Of a stretch of 64,000 bases of DNA, positions 1-9,829 are shown one piece after another (position 1 is the first letter of the stretch; every line of letters starts with the position of its first letter). Origin of the DNA: an uncultured delta proteobacterium (GTDB taxonomy: Bacteria; Myxococcota_A; Polyangia; Haliangiales; Haliangiaceae). Below the pieces are notes generated by a model. That model made no database searches, was not told the origin of the DNA, and saw only the letters and a list, made by a program, of their open reading frames with translations. The stretch spans positions 96,001 through 160,000 of the forward strand of contig CAWKDB010000004.1 in assembly GCA_963848295.1 (NCBI GenBank). Direction: 5' to 3'. A program made the position numbers and the translations under genes.

Positions 1-571
1 GGCCCTTGACGTAGTCGACCTTGCCGCCGCTCGCCGTCGCGATCACGGTCGCGCCGAGCGTCTTCGCGATCTGGACCGCGTAGCTGCCGACGCCGCCCGA
101 GGCGCCGTTGATCAACACGGTCTGGCCCGCCGCGAGCTTCGCCTTGTGGAGCGCTTGCAGCGCGGTCGCGGCGCTGGTCGCGGCCGCGGCGGCTTGCTCG
201 TGCGAGAGCTTGCGCGGCTTCGGCCCGGCCGTGGCTTCGCTCACCGCGACGTACTCGGCGTAGGTCCCGTTCGTCGTGCTGCGCGCGTACGGCAGGAACC
301 CGTAGACCTCGTCGCCCACTTTGTAGGCGCTCGTGCTCGCGCCGACCTCGGTGACGACGCCGCTGTAGTCGTAGCCGAGGACGAGCGGAAACTTCGAGGC
401 GTGCAGGAAGCTGCCGCCATCGCGATGACCGAGCACCTTCAGGTCTGCGGGATTGACGGCCGCGGCGCGGACGTTGACGACGATCTGACCCGGCGCCGCG
501 GTCGGCTTGTCGATCTCGCGCAAAGTGAGGTTGGCGATCTCGCCGAACTTGTCGCTGGCAAATGCACGCAT
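1..571 (-). CDS. NADP-dependent oxidoreductase (MDR/quinone oxidoreductase family), 3' end outside window
   Basis: Manual translation from ATG at 571: MRAFASDKFGEIANL...VRAAAVNPADLKV...LGYDYSGVV...GTYAEYV...VLINGASGGVGSYAVQIAKTLGA; MDR GroES domain and Rossmann motif. Confidence 0.9.
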   Translation of the reverse strand, partial: MRAFASDKFGEIANLTLREIDKPTAAPGQIVVNVRAAAVNPADLKVLGHRDGGSFLHASKFPLVLGYDYSGVVTEVGASTSAYKVGDEVYGFLPYARSTTNGTYAEYVAVSEATAGPKPRKLSHEQAAAAATSAATALQALHKAKLAAGQTVLINGASGGVGSYAVQIAKTLGATVIATASGGKVDYVKG

Positions 572-621
572 GCCGTCGCGTACCGCGTGGCCTCGCGCAC
601 GGCAAGCAAACGCAACCGCGA

Positions 622-1707
622 TCACGCCTGCGTCAGCGTCAGCAGCGCGATCTCCGACGACGTGCCGACGCGCATCGGCGGCCCCCAGAAGCCGGTGCCC
701 TCGCTGATGTACAACCAGGTGGCGCCGAACCGCGCGAGCCCCGCGACGTGCGGCTCGAACAGGCGGACGAGCCAACCGGGCGGCAGCAGCTGGCCGCCGT
801 GGGTGTGGCCCGAGAGTTGGAGGTCGACCTCGGCGGCGACGGTGCGCGCGATCGTACGCGGATGGTGAGCGAGCAGCACGACCGGGAGGTTCGGGTTGCG
901 GCCGGCGACCGCGCGCGGCACGTCTTCGTCAGCACTCGAGTCGTCGGTGCCCGCGAGCTCGAACGCGTCGCGGATCGTGACGTGCTCGTTGCGCAGGATC
1001 CGGATGCCGAGCGAGCGCAGGTGCTCGAGCCAGGCATCGGCGTGCCAGTAGTACTCGTGGTTGCCGGTCACCGCGTAGACGCCGTCGCGCGCGCTCAGCT
1101 CGCGCAGCGGTTCGACATGCCGGCGCAGCTCGTCGAGCCGGCCGTCGACGAGGTCGCCGGTGATGACGATGAGATCGGGCGCGAGCGCGTTGACCCGTGC
1201 GACGACGTTCGCGGCGAAGCGCTCTCCGAGCAACGGTCCGATGTGCACGTCGCTGAGCTGGACGATCGTATAGCCCTCAGCGCTCGCCGGCAGCTTCGCG
1301 AGCGGGATCCGGACGCGTCGCACGATCGGCCCGCGCGCCATGTGAACGAGTCCGTAGAGCACGGTCGCCGCCGCCGCTGCAACGCCGACGATCGCGCCGG
1401 TGCGCGCATCGACACTCGCGATCGTGCACACGAGATCGGTGACCGCCGCCGCGAGCAGCAAGTACACCGCGAACCCGAACCACGTGTAGGCGAGCCACAC
1501 CCAGGGCCGCGCGGCCGCCCTCGGCAGCCGGCGCAGGCCAAACGTCACGACCGGCAAGCTCGGCGCGAGAACGACGATCGCGATCGTCGCGAGCCCGTAC
1601 CAAGGCGACGGCAGATGCGTCGCTCTCACGAACCGCAACCAGATGTAGTAGTGGGCCGAGCCGAGGATCGCCATGACGATCAGCAGGCGAGTCCGTAACC
1701 GGCGCAC
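622..1707 (-). CDS. Membrane-anchored metallophosphoesterase (YkuE/YaeI-like)
   Basis: N-terminal TM helices; calcineurin-like motifs SDVH, TGDLVD, GNHE, HHP, SGHTHGGQ. Confidence 0.9.
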   Translation of the reverse strand: MRRLRTRLLIVMAILGSAHYYIWLRFVRATHLPSPWYGLATIAIVVLAPSLPVVTFGLRRLPRAAARPWVWLAYTWFGFAVYLLLAAAVTDLVCTIASVDARTGAIVGVAAAAATVLYGLVHMARGPIVRRVRIPLAKLPASAEGYTIVQLSDVHIGPLLGERFAANVVARVNALAPDLIVITGDLVDGRLDELRRHVEPLRELSARDGVYAVTGNHEYYWHADAWLEHLRSLGIRILRNEHVTIRDAFELAGTDDSSADEDVPRAVAGRNPNLPVVLLAHHPRTIARTVAAEVDLQLSGHTHGGQLLPPGWLVRLFEPHVAGLARFGATWLYISEGTGFWGPPMRVGTSSEIALLTLTQA

Positions 1708-1723
1708 GGCGGAGGTGTAGCAC

Positions 1724-2821
1724 CTAGCGCGGCGCCGCGACGAGCAGGACCGGCGGGTTGCTCGGCAGAGTAACGACGAGCTGGCTCGGACTCGTGAACC
1801 GAGGATCCTCGACCGCGATCATGAACCGGTCGGCGGAGAAGCTAGACAGCTGAAACAGCCCCTGGGCGTCGGTCGTCGCGGTCGCGCTTGCCGCGAGGCG
1901 CGATAACGAGATCTCGTGCTCGGGCCGCACCGCGACCGTGACGTGCGCGAGTGGGTTGCCGTGGGGGTCGACGACACGTCCGTGGTACAGGCCGTTCGGC
2001 CGGATTCGCAGCTCGTGGATCTGCGTGCCGACGTGATCGACGAGCGCCGGCGCGTCGAGGTTCCGGCGACAGCTCGGCGCGAGCGAGACCCGACCGTGCG
2101 GCGCCATCACGATGACTTGGCCGTCGCGATCGGTGATCCGTTCGACGCGGCCGATCGTGACGCGGCAGCCCGCGAGCGGCTTGCGGTCGAGGCCGGCGAT
2201 GCGCACGACGAGCGGCCACAGTCGGCGCAAGGCGACCCGCTGGACCGGCTTCGTGAAGTCGGGGGTCGTGCCGCCGCCTTCATAGCCGTTCGCACTGACC
2301 TCGAACTCGTCGCCCGACCGATCGTCGCGGCCGACAAACGTCGCGCTGCCATCCGCGGGGACGTCGACCGGATCACCGAACCGCGGCGGGGTGACGGTCG
2401 CACCTTCGATCGGACGCTGGGTCTCGCTGTCGACGACGACGACCTTCACCGCGACTCCGGGCCGCAGCCGCAAGATCGGCGGCACGTAGCCGGCGGTCCC
2501 TTCGGGGACGCTGACGACCTCGTTCGACGACGAGAACCCTTGCGCGTGGGCCACGCCGCGCAGGCGCAACAGCTTGACGCCCGGTCGCGTGTAGCCGCCG
2601 CCCGGGATCACGAACCGACCGTCGGCTTCGGCGTAATACGTGCGGTCGGGAAAGTGATCGGCGACCGCGTGGTTGTCCGGATCCCAGAAATCGACCGTGT
2701 AGTAGACCTCGCCCTTCACCGGCTTGCCGTCGGGGCTGACGATCCGGCCGCTCAGCGTTCGCGGTGTCGGATCGGCCGAGGCGATCGCGCTCGTCACGAG
2801 CAACAAGACCAGGGCGCGCAC
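1724..2821 (-). CDS. Secreted protein with carboxypeptidase-regulatory-like (transthyretin-fold) repeats
   Basis: Signal peptide MRALVLLLVTSAIASA; repeated GRIVxxDGxPV / GRVVDPHGNPL..TDAQGLF motifs. Confidence 0.7.
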   Translation of the reverse strand: MRALVLLLVTSAIASADPTPRTLSGRIVSPDGKPVKGEVYYTVDFWDPDNHAVADHFPDRTYYAEADGRFVIPGGGYTRPGVKLLRLRGVAHAQGFSSSNEVVSVPEGTAGYVPPILRLRPGVAVKVVVVDSETQRPIEGATVTPPRFGDPVDVPADGSATFVGRDDRSGDEFEVSANGYEGGGTTPDFTKPVQRVALRRLWPLVVRIAGLDRKPLAGCRVTIGRVERITDRDGQVIVMAPHGRVSLAPSCRRNLDAPALVDHVGTQIHELRIRPNGLYHGRVVDPHGNPLAHVTVAVRPEHEISLSRLAASATATTDAQGLFQLSSFSADRFMIAVEDPRFTSPSQLVVTLPSNPPVLLVAAPR

Positions 2822-2857
2822 GGCCTGGATTGTGCCGTGTTCTCGCTGTTTATCGCG

Positions 2858-2912
2858 AAATATACCGTGTGATATATTTGTTCCTTGCGGATTATCTCGG
2901 TCGGTATAATCC
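2858..2912. promoter_or_regulatory. Two imperfect palindromes (probable TetR operators) overlapping a TATAAT -10 box
   Basis: AAATATA-ccgtgtga-TATATTT (2858-2879) and GGATTAT-ctcggtcggt-ATAATCC (2889-2912); both resemble TATAcCGnnCGgTATA; TATAAT at 2905-2910. Confidence 0.7.
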
Positions 2913-2919
2913 TGGCCGC

Positions 2920-4131
2920 ATGCCGAACCTAGACACGCCGCTGCACCTGAGATCGGGAGCCGCGCTCCCCAACCGGATCGCGAAAGCGGCGATGTCCGAG
3001 GTGCTCGGCGACGCGACCGGCGCGCCGACCGATGCGCTGGTCCGGCTGTACGAGCGCTGGGCCCGCAGCGGCGCAGGCCTCCTCATCACCGGTCACGTCA
3101 TCGTCGATCGCGGCGGCCGCGCCGAGCCCAACAACGTCGTGATCGACGGAGCCGCTGCAGCTCGATTTCGCGCTTGGGCGAGCGCCGGTCAGGCGCACGG
3201 GGCGCGCATGTGGATGCAGCTCAACCATGCCGGGCGTCAATCGCCGCGACGACTGTCGCCGGTGCCGGTCGCTCCGTCGGCGGTCGCGGTGGCCGGATTC
3301 TTCGGCGCGTTCGCGAAGCCGCGCGCGCTGGCGGCGCACGAGATCGAGGCGTTGGTCGCGAAGTTCGCGGCCGCGGCCGTCGTCGCGCGCGATGCCGGCT
3401 TTGCCGGGGTTCAGATCCACGCGGCGCACGGTTATCTGGTGTCGCAGTTTCTCTCGGCGCGCACGAACACGCGCGACGACGCGTGGGGTGGCGATGCGGT
3501 GCGCCGTCGCCGGTTCTTGCTCGAGATCGTGCGAGCGATTCGCGCGGCGGTCGGCGCGGCGTTCCCGATCGGAGTCAAGTTGAATTCGGCAGACTTCCAG
3601 CGCGGCGGCTTCGCGATCGAGGAGGCGATGGACGTCGCGCGCGCGCTCGACGTCGCGGGCATCGACCTGCTCGAGGTCTCCGGTGGCAATTACGAGAGCC
3701 CGGCGATGACCGGCTCGGGCGAGCTGCCGAGCGAGCAACGGCAGAGCTCTCGCGATCGCGAAGCGTACTTCCTCGATTACGCGCGGCGGATTCGCACCGT
3801 CGTCTCGACCCCGATCCTGCTGACCGGCGGCATGCGCAGCCGAACCGTGATGGAAGCGGCGCTCGCGTCGCGTGACGTCGATGTCATCGGCCTCGGTCGC
3901 CCGATGACGCACACGCCGGACTTGCCTGCGAAGTTGCTCGCTCGTTCGTTGGAGGTCGCACCGAGCGTGCAGATCCGCAGTCGTGTCCGGCTGTTCGATG
4001 ACGCGCTTCAGACGATGTGGTTTCAGGCGCAGATCCACGAGCTGGCGAGCGGCCGCGAGCCCGACCTCCAGCTCGCGAAGTGGACGGCGCTGTGTCGCGG
4101 TGTACGCACGCTGACCGGAGCGCCGGCATGA
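2920..4131 (+). CDS. NADH:flavin oxidoreductase (Old Yellow Enzyme family)
   Basis: PNRIAKAAMSE, QLNHAGRQ, GVQIHAAHGYLVSQFLS, DLLEVSGG motifs; start trimmed to ATG 2920. Confidence 0.93.
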   Translation: MPNLDTPLHLRSGAALPNRIAKAAMSEVLGDATGAPTDALVRLYERWARSGAGLLITGHVIVDRGGRAEPNNVVIDGAAAARFRAWASAGQAHGARMWMQLNHAGRQSPRRLSPVPVAPSAVAVAGFFGAFAKPRALAAHEIEALVAKFAAAAVVARDAGFAGVQIHAAHGYLVSQFLSARTNTRDDAWGGDAVRRRRFLLEIVRAIRAAVGAAFPIGVKLNSADFQRGGFAIEEAMDVARALDVAGIDLLEVSGGNYESPAMTGSGELPSEQRQSSRDREAYFLDYARRIRTVVSTPILLTGGMRSRTVMEAALASRDVDVIGLGRPMTHTPDLPAKLLARSLEVAPSVQIRSRVRLFDDALQTMWFQAQIHELASGREPDLQLAKWTALCRGVRTLTGAPA

Positions 4132-4727
4132 TCTCCCATCCGTCGAAAGGCGAGCGCACGCGCAAGAAGCTGGTCGATGCGACCGGCGAGCTGCTGCGCC
4201 GCCAAGGGTTTCACGCGACCGGGTTATCGGACATCGTCGCCGAGAGCGGGGCGCCGCGCGGCTCGCTGTACTTCTATTTCCCCGGCGGCAAAGACCAGCT
4301 CGCGCGTGCCGCGCTCGAGGCCACCGGCGCGCAGTGGCGCGATCGCATCGGAGCCGCGGTCGCTGCGGCGCCGGATGTCGATGGTGCGATCGCGGCGATC
4401 ATCGAGCTGCTCGGTGATGACCTCGAGGCCTCGAACTTCGAGAACGGCTGCCCGGTCGCGGCGGTCGCGCTCGAGAATCCGTCGGAGCCGGTACACGAGG
4501 CGATCGTCGCGCACTACGCGGAGTGGGAGCGTTGGATCGCGGCCTATCTCGCCGCCGCAGGGGTCGCGGCGCGGTCCGCGCATCAGCTCGCGGTCGTCGC
4601 GCTCGCCGCGATCGAAGGGGCGTTGCTGCTCGCCCGGGTGCAACGCAGCCGCGCTCCGCTCACCGCGGTCGGCGTAGCGCTCCGCGCGATGATGACGGCC
4701 GCAGCGCCCAGGAAGCGACCGCGATGA
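4128..4727 (+). CDS. TetR/AcrR family regulator (LmrA/YxaF-like)
   Basis: GFHATGLSDIVAESGAPRGSLYFYFPGGK HTH; GCPVAAVALE; ATGA overlap with upstream gene. Confidence 0.93.
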   Translation: MISHPSKGERTRKKLVDATGELLRRQGFHATGLSDIVAESGAPRGSLYFYFPGGKDQLARAALEATGAQWRDRIGAAVAAAPDVDGAIAAIIELLGDDLEASNFENGCPVAAVALENPSEPVHEAIVAHYAEWERWIAAYLAAAGVAARSAHQLAVVALAAIEGALLLARVQRSRAPLTAVGVALRAMMTAAAPRKRPR

Positions 4728-5758
4728 AGTTGCTATCGAGCCACTCCTTGCCGACCACGATGCAAGCGCTCGCGACCGTCGTGGGTGGCGTCGAATTGGT
4801 CGAACGTCCGGTGCCGACGCCGCGGCGCGGTCAGGTGCTCGTCCACATGCGCGCCGCGCCGATCAACCCGAACGACCTGTTATTGCTCGATGACGACTAC
4901 GAGGTGAAGCGGCCACTCGGCGCGATCGCGGGTTTCGAAGGCACGGGCACGGTCGTCGCGAGCGGTGGTGGAGCGTTCGCGCGCTTCATGCTCGGGCGCG
5001 AAGTGGCATGCGCGGCCGGCGCCGGCGACGGCACGTGGGCCGAGTATGCGGTGGTCGATGCGCTGCGCGCCGCTCCGCTCGCGAAGTCCACCGACCCCCA
5101 ACAAGCTGCGATGCTGCTGACCAACCCGCTCACGGCGAGCGTGCTGCTCCAGACCGCGCGGCGGGCCGGTCATCGCGCGTTCGTGCAGAACGCCGCCGCC
5201 GGCGCGCTCGGCAAGATGATCGTTCGCCTGTGCCTGCGCGCCGGCTTGCCGCTCGTCAACATCGTGCGCCGGCCCGAGCAGGCCGCCGCACTGCGCGCGA
5301 TCGGCGCGGAGCACATCGTCGTGACGAGCGAGCCCGGTGCGGATGCCGCGTTGCGCGCGCTCTGCGATCAGCTCGGCGTGCGCTTCGGGTTCGATGCGAT
5401 CGCGGGCGAGGCGACCGGCCAGCTCGCGCGCGCGATCGGGCGCGATGGCCGGATCCTCGTCTACGGCAAGCTGTCCGGCAAGCCGTGTCAGATCGATGTC
5501 GATCCGTTGGTGTTCCACAGCCTCCGCGTCGACGGCTTCACGATGTACGCATGGGTCGAGCGCACGTCGCTGCTCGGGCAGCTCCGCACGCTCGGCGCGG
5601 CGCAACGCCGGCTGGGTGATGATCTGCGCTCCGAGGTTCGCGCGACCAAGCGGCTCGCCGAGCACGGCGAAGCCCTCGCGCTTGCCCGCGGCGCGACCAG
5701 CGATGGCAAGGTCTTGTTCACCCTGCGCGCCGGCCTTGACTCGCGAGATATCCGATGA
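4724..5758 (+). CDS. MDR-family oxidoreductase (enoyl/quinone reductase-like)
   Basis: [33 protein letters not shown] overlap. Confidence 0.88.
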   Translation: MKLLSSHSLPTTMQALATVVGGVELVERPVPTPRRGQVLVHMRAAPINPNDLLLLDDDYEVKRPLGAIAGFEGTGTVVASGGGAFARFMLGREVACAAGAGDGTWAEYAVVDALRAAPLAKSTDPQQAAMLLTNPLTASVLLQTARRAGHRAFVQNAAAGALGKMIVRLCLRAGLPLVNIVRRPEQAAALRAIGAEHIVVTSEPGADAALRALCDQLGVRFGFDAIAGEATGQLARAIGRDGRILVYGKLSGKPCQIDVDPLVFHSLRVDGFTMYAWVERTSLLGQLRTLGAAQRRLGDDLRSEVRATKRLAEHGEALALARGATSDGKVLFTLRAGLDSRDIR

Positions 5759-5770
5759 TATCTATCGAAT

Positions 5771-6205
5771 ATGTCCAGACGAGCTCCAGCGGCGCCCGAG
5801 GGCGCGCTCTACGTCCGCTTGCCCGCTGCCGCGGTCGACAAGCTCGACCGGGCATCCGAGGTGCTCGGCGTCCACAAGAAGGATCTGATCGCCGGGTTGG
5901 TCGCGAAATATATCGATCCCGACACGAAGCGCGGCCTGTCTGCGCTCGGGGCGCTCGCTCAACCGCGGCGAGTCACCGTCGAGCTGGGCGACTCCGCGCC
6001 GACGCTCGGGGCGTACTCGTTCCATCCGTACGATCCGCCCGAGGTGATGAACGCCGTGCAGACCGCCGAGCTGCTCCAGCTCGCCGACAAGGTGGTGATC
6101 GAGCTCGCCGAGGCGGGCAGACTGCCCGGCCGCAAGATGGGGAGCGAGTGGCGATTCTCTCGCGCGGCCGTGATCGCCTGGCTCGCGGGCCCCGAGAAGC
6201 GGTGA
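5771..6205 (+). CDS. Regulator with N-terminal ribbon-helix-helix-like region and C-terminal HTH_17 (excisionase-like) domain
   Basis: [32 protein letters not shown] (RHH pattern); [14 protein letters not shown]...[23 protein letters not shown] (HTH_17 pattern). Confidence 0.78.
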   Translation: MSRRAPAAPEGALYVRLPAAAVDKLDRASEVLGVHKKDLIAGLVAKYIDPDTKRGLSALGALAQPRRVTVELGDSAPTLGAYSFHPYDPPEVMNAVQTAELLQLADKVVIELAEAGRLPGRKMGSEWRFSRAAVIAWLAGPEKR

Positions 6206-6222
6206 TGGGATATTCATCGCAT

Positions 6223-6831
6223 ATGTCGAGGTTGCTCGTGCCGACCGTGGTCGAGCAAAGCCAGCGCGGCGAGCGCGGCTGGGACATCTTCTCGCGCCTG
6301 CTCAAGGACCGCGTCATCTTCCTCGGCACCGAGATCGATGACGACGTCGCGAACGTGGTGATCGCGCAGCTGCTGTTCCTCGACTCCGAGGACTCGGCCA
6401 ACGACATCATGATGTACGTCAACTCGCCCGGCGGCTCGGTGTCCGCGGGGCTCGCGATCTACGACACGATGCAATTCCTACACTGCGACGTGTCGACGTA
6501 CTGCATGGGCCAAGCAGCATCGATGGGCAGCTTCCTGCTCGCCGCCGGCTCGCCGGGCAAACGCTATGCGTTGCCGCACGCCCGCGTGATGATCCACCAG
6601 CCGCTCGCCGGTGTCCGCGGCCAGGCGAGCGACATCGCGATCCACGCGCGCGAGGTCTTGAACGCGCGCGCGACGCTGAACGAGCTGCTCGCGAGGCACA
6701 CCGGTCACTCGATCGCGGCGATCCGGCGCGACACCGAGCGCGACAACTTCATGTCCGCGGCCGAGGCGAAGGACTACGGTCTGATCGACGAAGTGCTGAC
6801 TCGGCCGAAGTCGTACGCCGGGGCGCCGTAG
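6223..6831 (+). CDS. clpP: ATP-dependent Clp protease proteolytic subunit
   Basis: [27 protein letters not shown] (Ser), VMIHQP (His), DTERDNF (Asp); alternative start 6205. Confidence 0.96.
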   Translation: MSRLLVPTVVEQSQRGERGWDIFSRLLKDRVIFLGTEIDDDVANVVIAQLLFLDSEDSANDIMMYVNSPGGSVSAGLAIYDTMQFLHCDVSTYCMGQAASMGSFLLAAGSPGKRYALPHARVMIHQPLAGVRGQASDIAIHAREVLNARATLNELLARHTGHSIAAIRRDTERDNFMSAAEAKDYGLIDEVLTRPKSYAGAP

Positions 6832-6839
6832 GCGGGAAG

Positions 6840-7442
6840 TCAGAGCGGATCGTCGGCGAGCGGAAACGGCTTCCCGCTCTTGAAGTCGAAGTGCCACCAC
6901 TCGGTGGCTAGGCCGACGAAGCCGGCGGCGGTCATCGCGGCCTCGAGCGTGCGCGCTTCTGCGCCGTGCTCGCCCGCGAGCGCGCGATCGCGAAACGCGT
7001 CGCGGGTGGCGGCGTCGTAGGCGGTCGGCAGCACGACGGGCTTGCCGTCGAGATCGACGAGGCCGACGTCGACCGCGGCGCCGCGACTGTGGACCGAGCC
7101 GACCTTCGGATCGGCGACGAACCGCGGGTCGGGGTCGTGCTGCCACAAGATCTGCTGGACCGACGCCGGGCGGTAGCAGTCCCACAGCAGCAGCCGGCGA
7201 TGGTGCGCGCGTAGGCGCCTCGCGGCATCGGCGAGCTTGTCCGCGACGACGTGGCGCAGCTTGCAGGTCGCGTGCGCGTACAGCTTTTCGCCCGTGAAGT
7301 TGTCGGTCGATGCGTAGCGCAGATCGAGCACCGCATCCGGGACCGCCTTGGCGACATCGACGAAGTCATCCGGGCGCGGCTCGGCGTACGCCGCGGCGGC
7401 ACCGGCGAGCGTGCACAGCGTGACCAGCAGACGTGCGCTCAT
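6840..7442 (-). CDS. D-alanyl-D-alanine dipeptidase (M15, VanX/DdpX family) with signal peptide
   Basis: DLRYASTDNFTG, WDCYRP, SVHSRGAAVD, EWWHFD. Confidence 0.9.
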   Translation of the reverse strand: MSARLLVTLCTLAGAAAAYAEPRPDDFVDVAKAVPDAVLDLRYASTDNFTGEKLYAHATCKLRHVVADKLADAARRLRAHHRRLLLWDCYRPASVQQILWQHDPDPRFVADPKVGSVHSRGAAVDVGLVDLDGKPVVLPTAYDAATRDAFRDRALAGEHGAEARTLEAAMTAAGFVGLATEWWHFDFKSGKPFPLADDPL

Positions 7443-7452
7443 CTCGACGCCA

Positions 7453-8709
7453 TCATTCGTCGATCAGCCCGAGCTCGGCGTAGCGCGGTCGGCTGACGAC
7501 GCGCAGGCCGGGCAGGGCGCGCCGGAAGGTCAGCGCGCACGCGAGCAGGCCCGCTCCCGAGATCGCGAACGCGTGGATCGGTCCGAGCGCGCTCGCGATC
7601 GAGCCGACGAGCAGCGCACCGACCGGGGCACCCGCGAAGAACGCGACGGCGTACAAGCTCATCACGCGTCCGAGCTTGTCATCGAGGACGAGCGTCTGGA
7701 CGAGCGTGTTCGTCGACGCCCATTGCACCATCAGGCACATGCCGACGACGAACAGGATCGGCAGCGCGGTCCACACTCCCGGCGCGGCCTCGAGCGCGAT
7801 CAAGCCGAGGCTCAAGCCGAGGCAGCAGTTCGCGACCACGCCGGTCAGCCCGCTCACGCTCTCGCGACTCGCGAGGAAGAGCGTGCCGACCAGCGCGCCT
7901 GCGCCGCCCGCACCCATCAGCCAGCCGAGCGCGTGCGGGCCGCCGTGCATCTGATCGGCGACCGCGGGCAGCATCGAGATGTACGCGCCGCCGAGCACGC
8001 TCGTCGCGGCGAGCAACAGCAACAACGATCGAACCATCGGCACGCCGCGGACGTAGCGCAAGCCATCGAGTAGCTCGTCGCGGACACGGCCGCCGCGGAT
8101 GCGAGCCGGCTGCTTCGCGACCCGCATCGCGACGAGCGATCCGATCACGGCGAGGTAGCTCAACGCATCGATGCCGAAGCACCAGCCGATCCCGACGAGA
8201 TCGACGATGACCGCCGCGACGATCGGGCCGACCAACCGCGCGCCGTTGACCATCGACGAGTTGAGCGCGATCGCGTTCGGCAGATCCGCGCGATCGTCGA
8301 CCATCTGGCGCAGGAACGATTGCCGCGCCGGCATGTCGAACGCGTTGATCACTGCTTGAACCGCGCCGAGCACCATCAGGTGCCAGATCGTGATCGAGGT
8401 CAGTGCGAACACGGCGAGCGCGGCCGATTGCAACATCGCCGCGGTCTGCGTGACGATCAGCGTGCGGTGGCGGTCCCAGCGGTCGACCATCACGCCCGCG
8501 ACGGGCGCGATCAGCGCGGTCGGCGCCTGGCTGAAGAACGCGACGAGGCCGAGCTGGAACGCGGAGTGCGACAGCGCGAACGCCTCGTAGCCGATCGCGA
8601 AGCGAGTCAGCCACGTCCCGACGAGCGACGTCCCTTGACCCGCGAAGAACAACCGGTAGTTGCGGTGGCGAAGCGCGCGCCCGAGCCGCAACCGGCGGGA
8701 CTGGGTCAT
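7453..8709 (-). CDS. MFS transporter
   Basis: RNYRLFFAGQGTSLVGTW, AFDMPARQSF, NAIALNS, LGRVMSLY; about 12 TM segments; start trimmed to ATG 8709. Confidence 0.92.
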   Translation of the reverse strand: MTQSRRLRLGRALRHRNYRLFFAGQGTSLVGTWLTRFAIGYEAFALSHSAFQLGLVAFFSQAPTALIAPVAGVMVDRWDRHRTLIVTQTAAMLQSAALAVFALTSITIWHLMVLGAVQAVINAFDMPARQSFLRQMVDDRADLPNAIALNSSMVNGARLVGPIVAAVIVDLVGIGWCFGIDALSYLAVIGSLVAMRVAKQPARIRGGRVRDELLDGLRYVRGVPMVRSLLLLLAATSVLGGAYISMLPAVADQMHGGPHALGWLMGAGGAGALVGTLFLASRESVSGLTGVVANCCLGLSLGLIALEAAPGVWTALPILFVVGMCLMVQWASTNTLVQTLVLDDKLGRVMSLYAVAFFAGAPVGALLVGSIASALGPIHAFAISGAGLLACALTFRRALPGLRVVSRPRYAELGLIDE

Positions 8710-9260
8710 GACGCCAATTTCGCGAGGACGTCGGCGGTTGTCCCGGTCTCGCCGAGCCGCGGGAAGATCCGCTCGACGCTGCTGCGATGGCTCTCGAGAA
8801 CCATGTCGGTCATCGCATCGACGACGAGCGTGAGATGGTAGCCGTGCTCGTGGGCGGCGCGCGCGGTGGACTCGACCCCGGCCGAGGTCGCGACCCCGCA
8901 CAACACGATCTGCGTCACGCCGCGCCGGCGCAACATCATGTCCAGCGGCGTGCCGTAGAACGCGCCCCAGGTGTACTTGGTGACGAGGAGGTCGGTCGGC
9001 TGCCGGTCGAGCTCCGGCGCGAGCTCCATCCAGTTCGCGGCGGGCGGCAGGGTTGGACTCTTCGCGTCGGTGCGACCGGGCGCTCGGCCGGCGGCGGTGA
9101 CGAGCACGACCGGAAGCTCGCGGCGGCGAAATGCCTTGGCGAGCGCGGCGGCGTTCGCGACGACCCCGGCGATCGGATGCACGGTGGGATAGCCGAGGAT
9201 GCCGAGCTGGAGGTCGATGACGACGAGCGCGGTGGTGGAATCGAGGGTGGTGATCGGCAT
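8706..9260 (-). CDS. Isochorismatase-family cysteine hydrolase (YecD-like)
   Basis: ALVVIDLQ, KYTWGAF, GVATSAGVESTAR. Confidence 0.9.
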   Translation of the reverse strand: MPITTLDSTTALVVIDLQLGILGYPTVHPIAGVVANAAALAKAFRRRELPVVLVTAAGRAPGRTDAKSPTLPPAANWMELAPELDRQPTDLLVTKYTWGAFYGTPLDMMLRRRGVTQIVLCGVATSAGVESTARAAHEHGYHLTLVVDAMTDMVLESHRSSVERIFPRLGETGTTADVLAKLAS

Positions 9261-9279
9261 CGTCAGTCCTTTGCGGCGG

Positions 9280-9705
9280 TCACGCCGCGGCGATCCTGCG
9301 CAAGAGCTCCAGCGCGGCGAGCAGCGAGCGTTGCTCGTCGCCGTCGAGCTCCTTGTCGATCGCGCGGGCGAGCCAACTCTGGCGCGCGGCCCGGCCGTCC
9401 GCGAGCACGCGACTGCCGGCGCGGGTCACCGACACGAGCCGGCGCCGGCCGTCGGTTCGGTCGTCGCTGCGGGCGACCATGCCGGCCGCTTCGAGCTCGG
9501 CGACGATCGAGCCCATCGATTGCGGCGTCACGTGGTTCGCGCGGGCGAGATCCGCGGTCGTCATCTCGCCGCCTTCTTCGAGCCGACGCAAGACCGACGC
9601 TTGCGGCCACGACAGGCCTTGACCGGACGATTCGACGCGACCGCGCCGGACGATCGCGCCGACCACGTGGCGGAGTTGCTCGGCGGCTTGCTCGGCGCGA
9701 GTCAC
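9280..9705 (-). CDS. MarR family regulator
   Basis: SVLRRLEEGGEMTTADLARANHVTPQSM...DGRRRLVSVT; GTG start at 9705 inferred. Confidence 0.88.
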   Translation of the reverse strand: MTRAEQAAEQLRHVVGAIVRRGRVESSGQGLSWPQASVLRRLEEGGEMTTADLARANHVTPQSMGSIVAELEAAGMVARSDDRTDGRRRLVSVTRAGSRVLADGRAARQSWLARAIDKELDGDEQRSLLAALELLRRIAAA

Positions 9706-9829
9706 GACAACACTGTAGCGAATAGAATCTAAACTTGCAAGGTGCTGTTCCAATATCCCGGCGTGCCGGAGGCCACACAACGCGTGGCTTCGCCTGCTCC
9801 TGCGGCGAGGATGGCGGTAAAGTCAGCTG

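Noticed and set aside
5771..6205. Excisionase-like HTH as sign of a prophage or integrative element
   Set aside because: No integrase, att/tRNA site or phage genes nearby
6840..7442. Vancomycin resistance locus
   Set aside because: Only a VanX/DdpX-family peptidase; no vanH/vanA/vanRS
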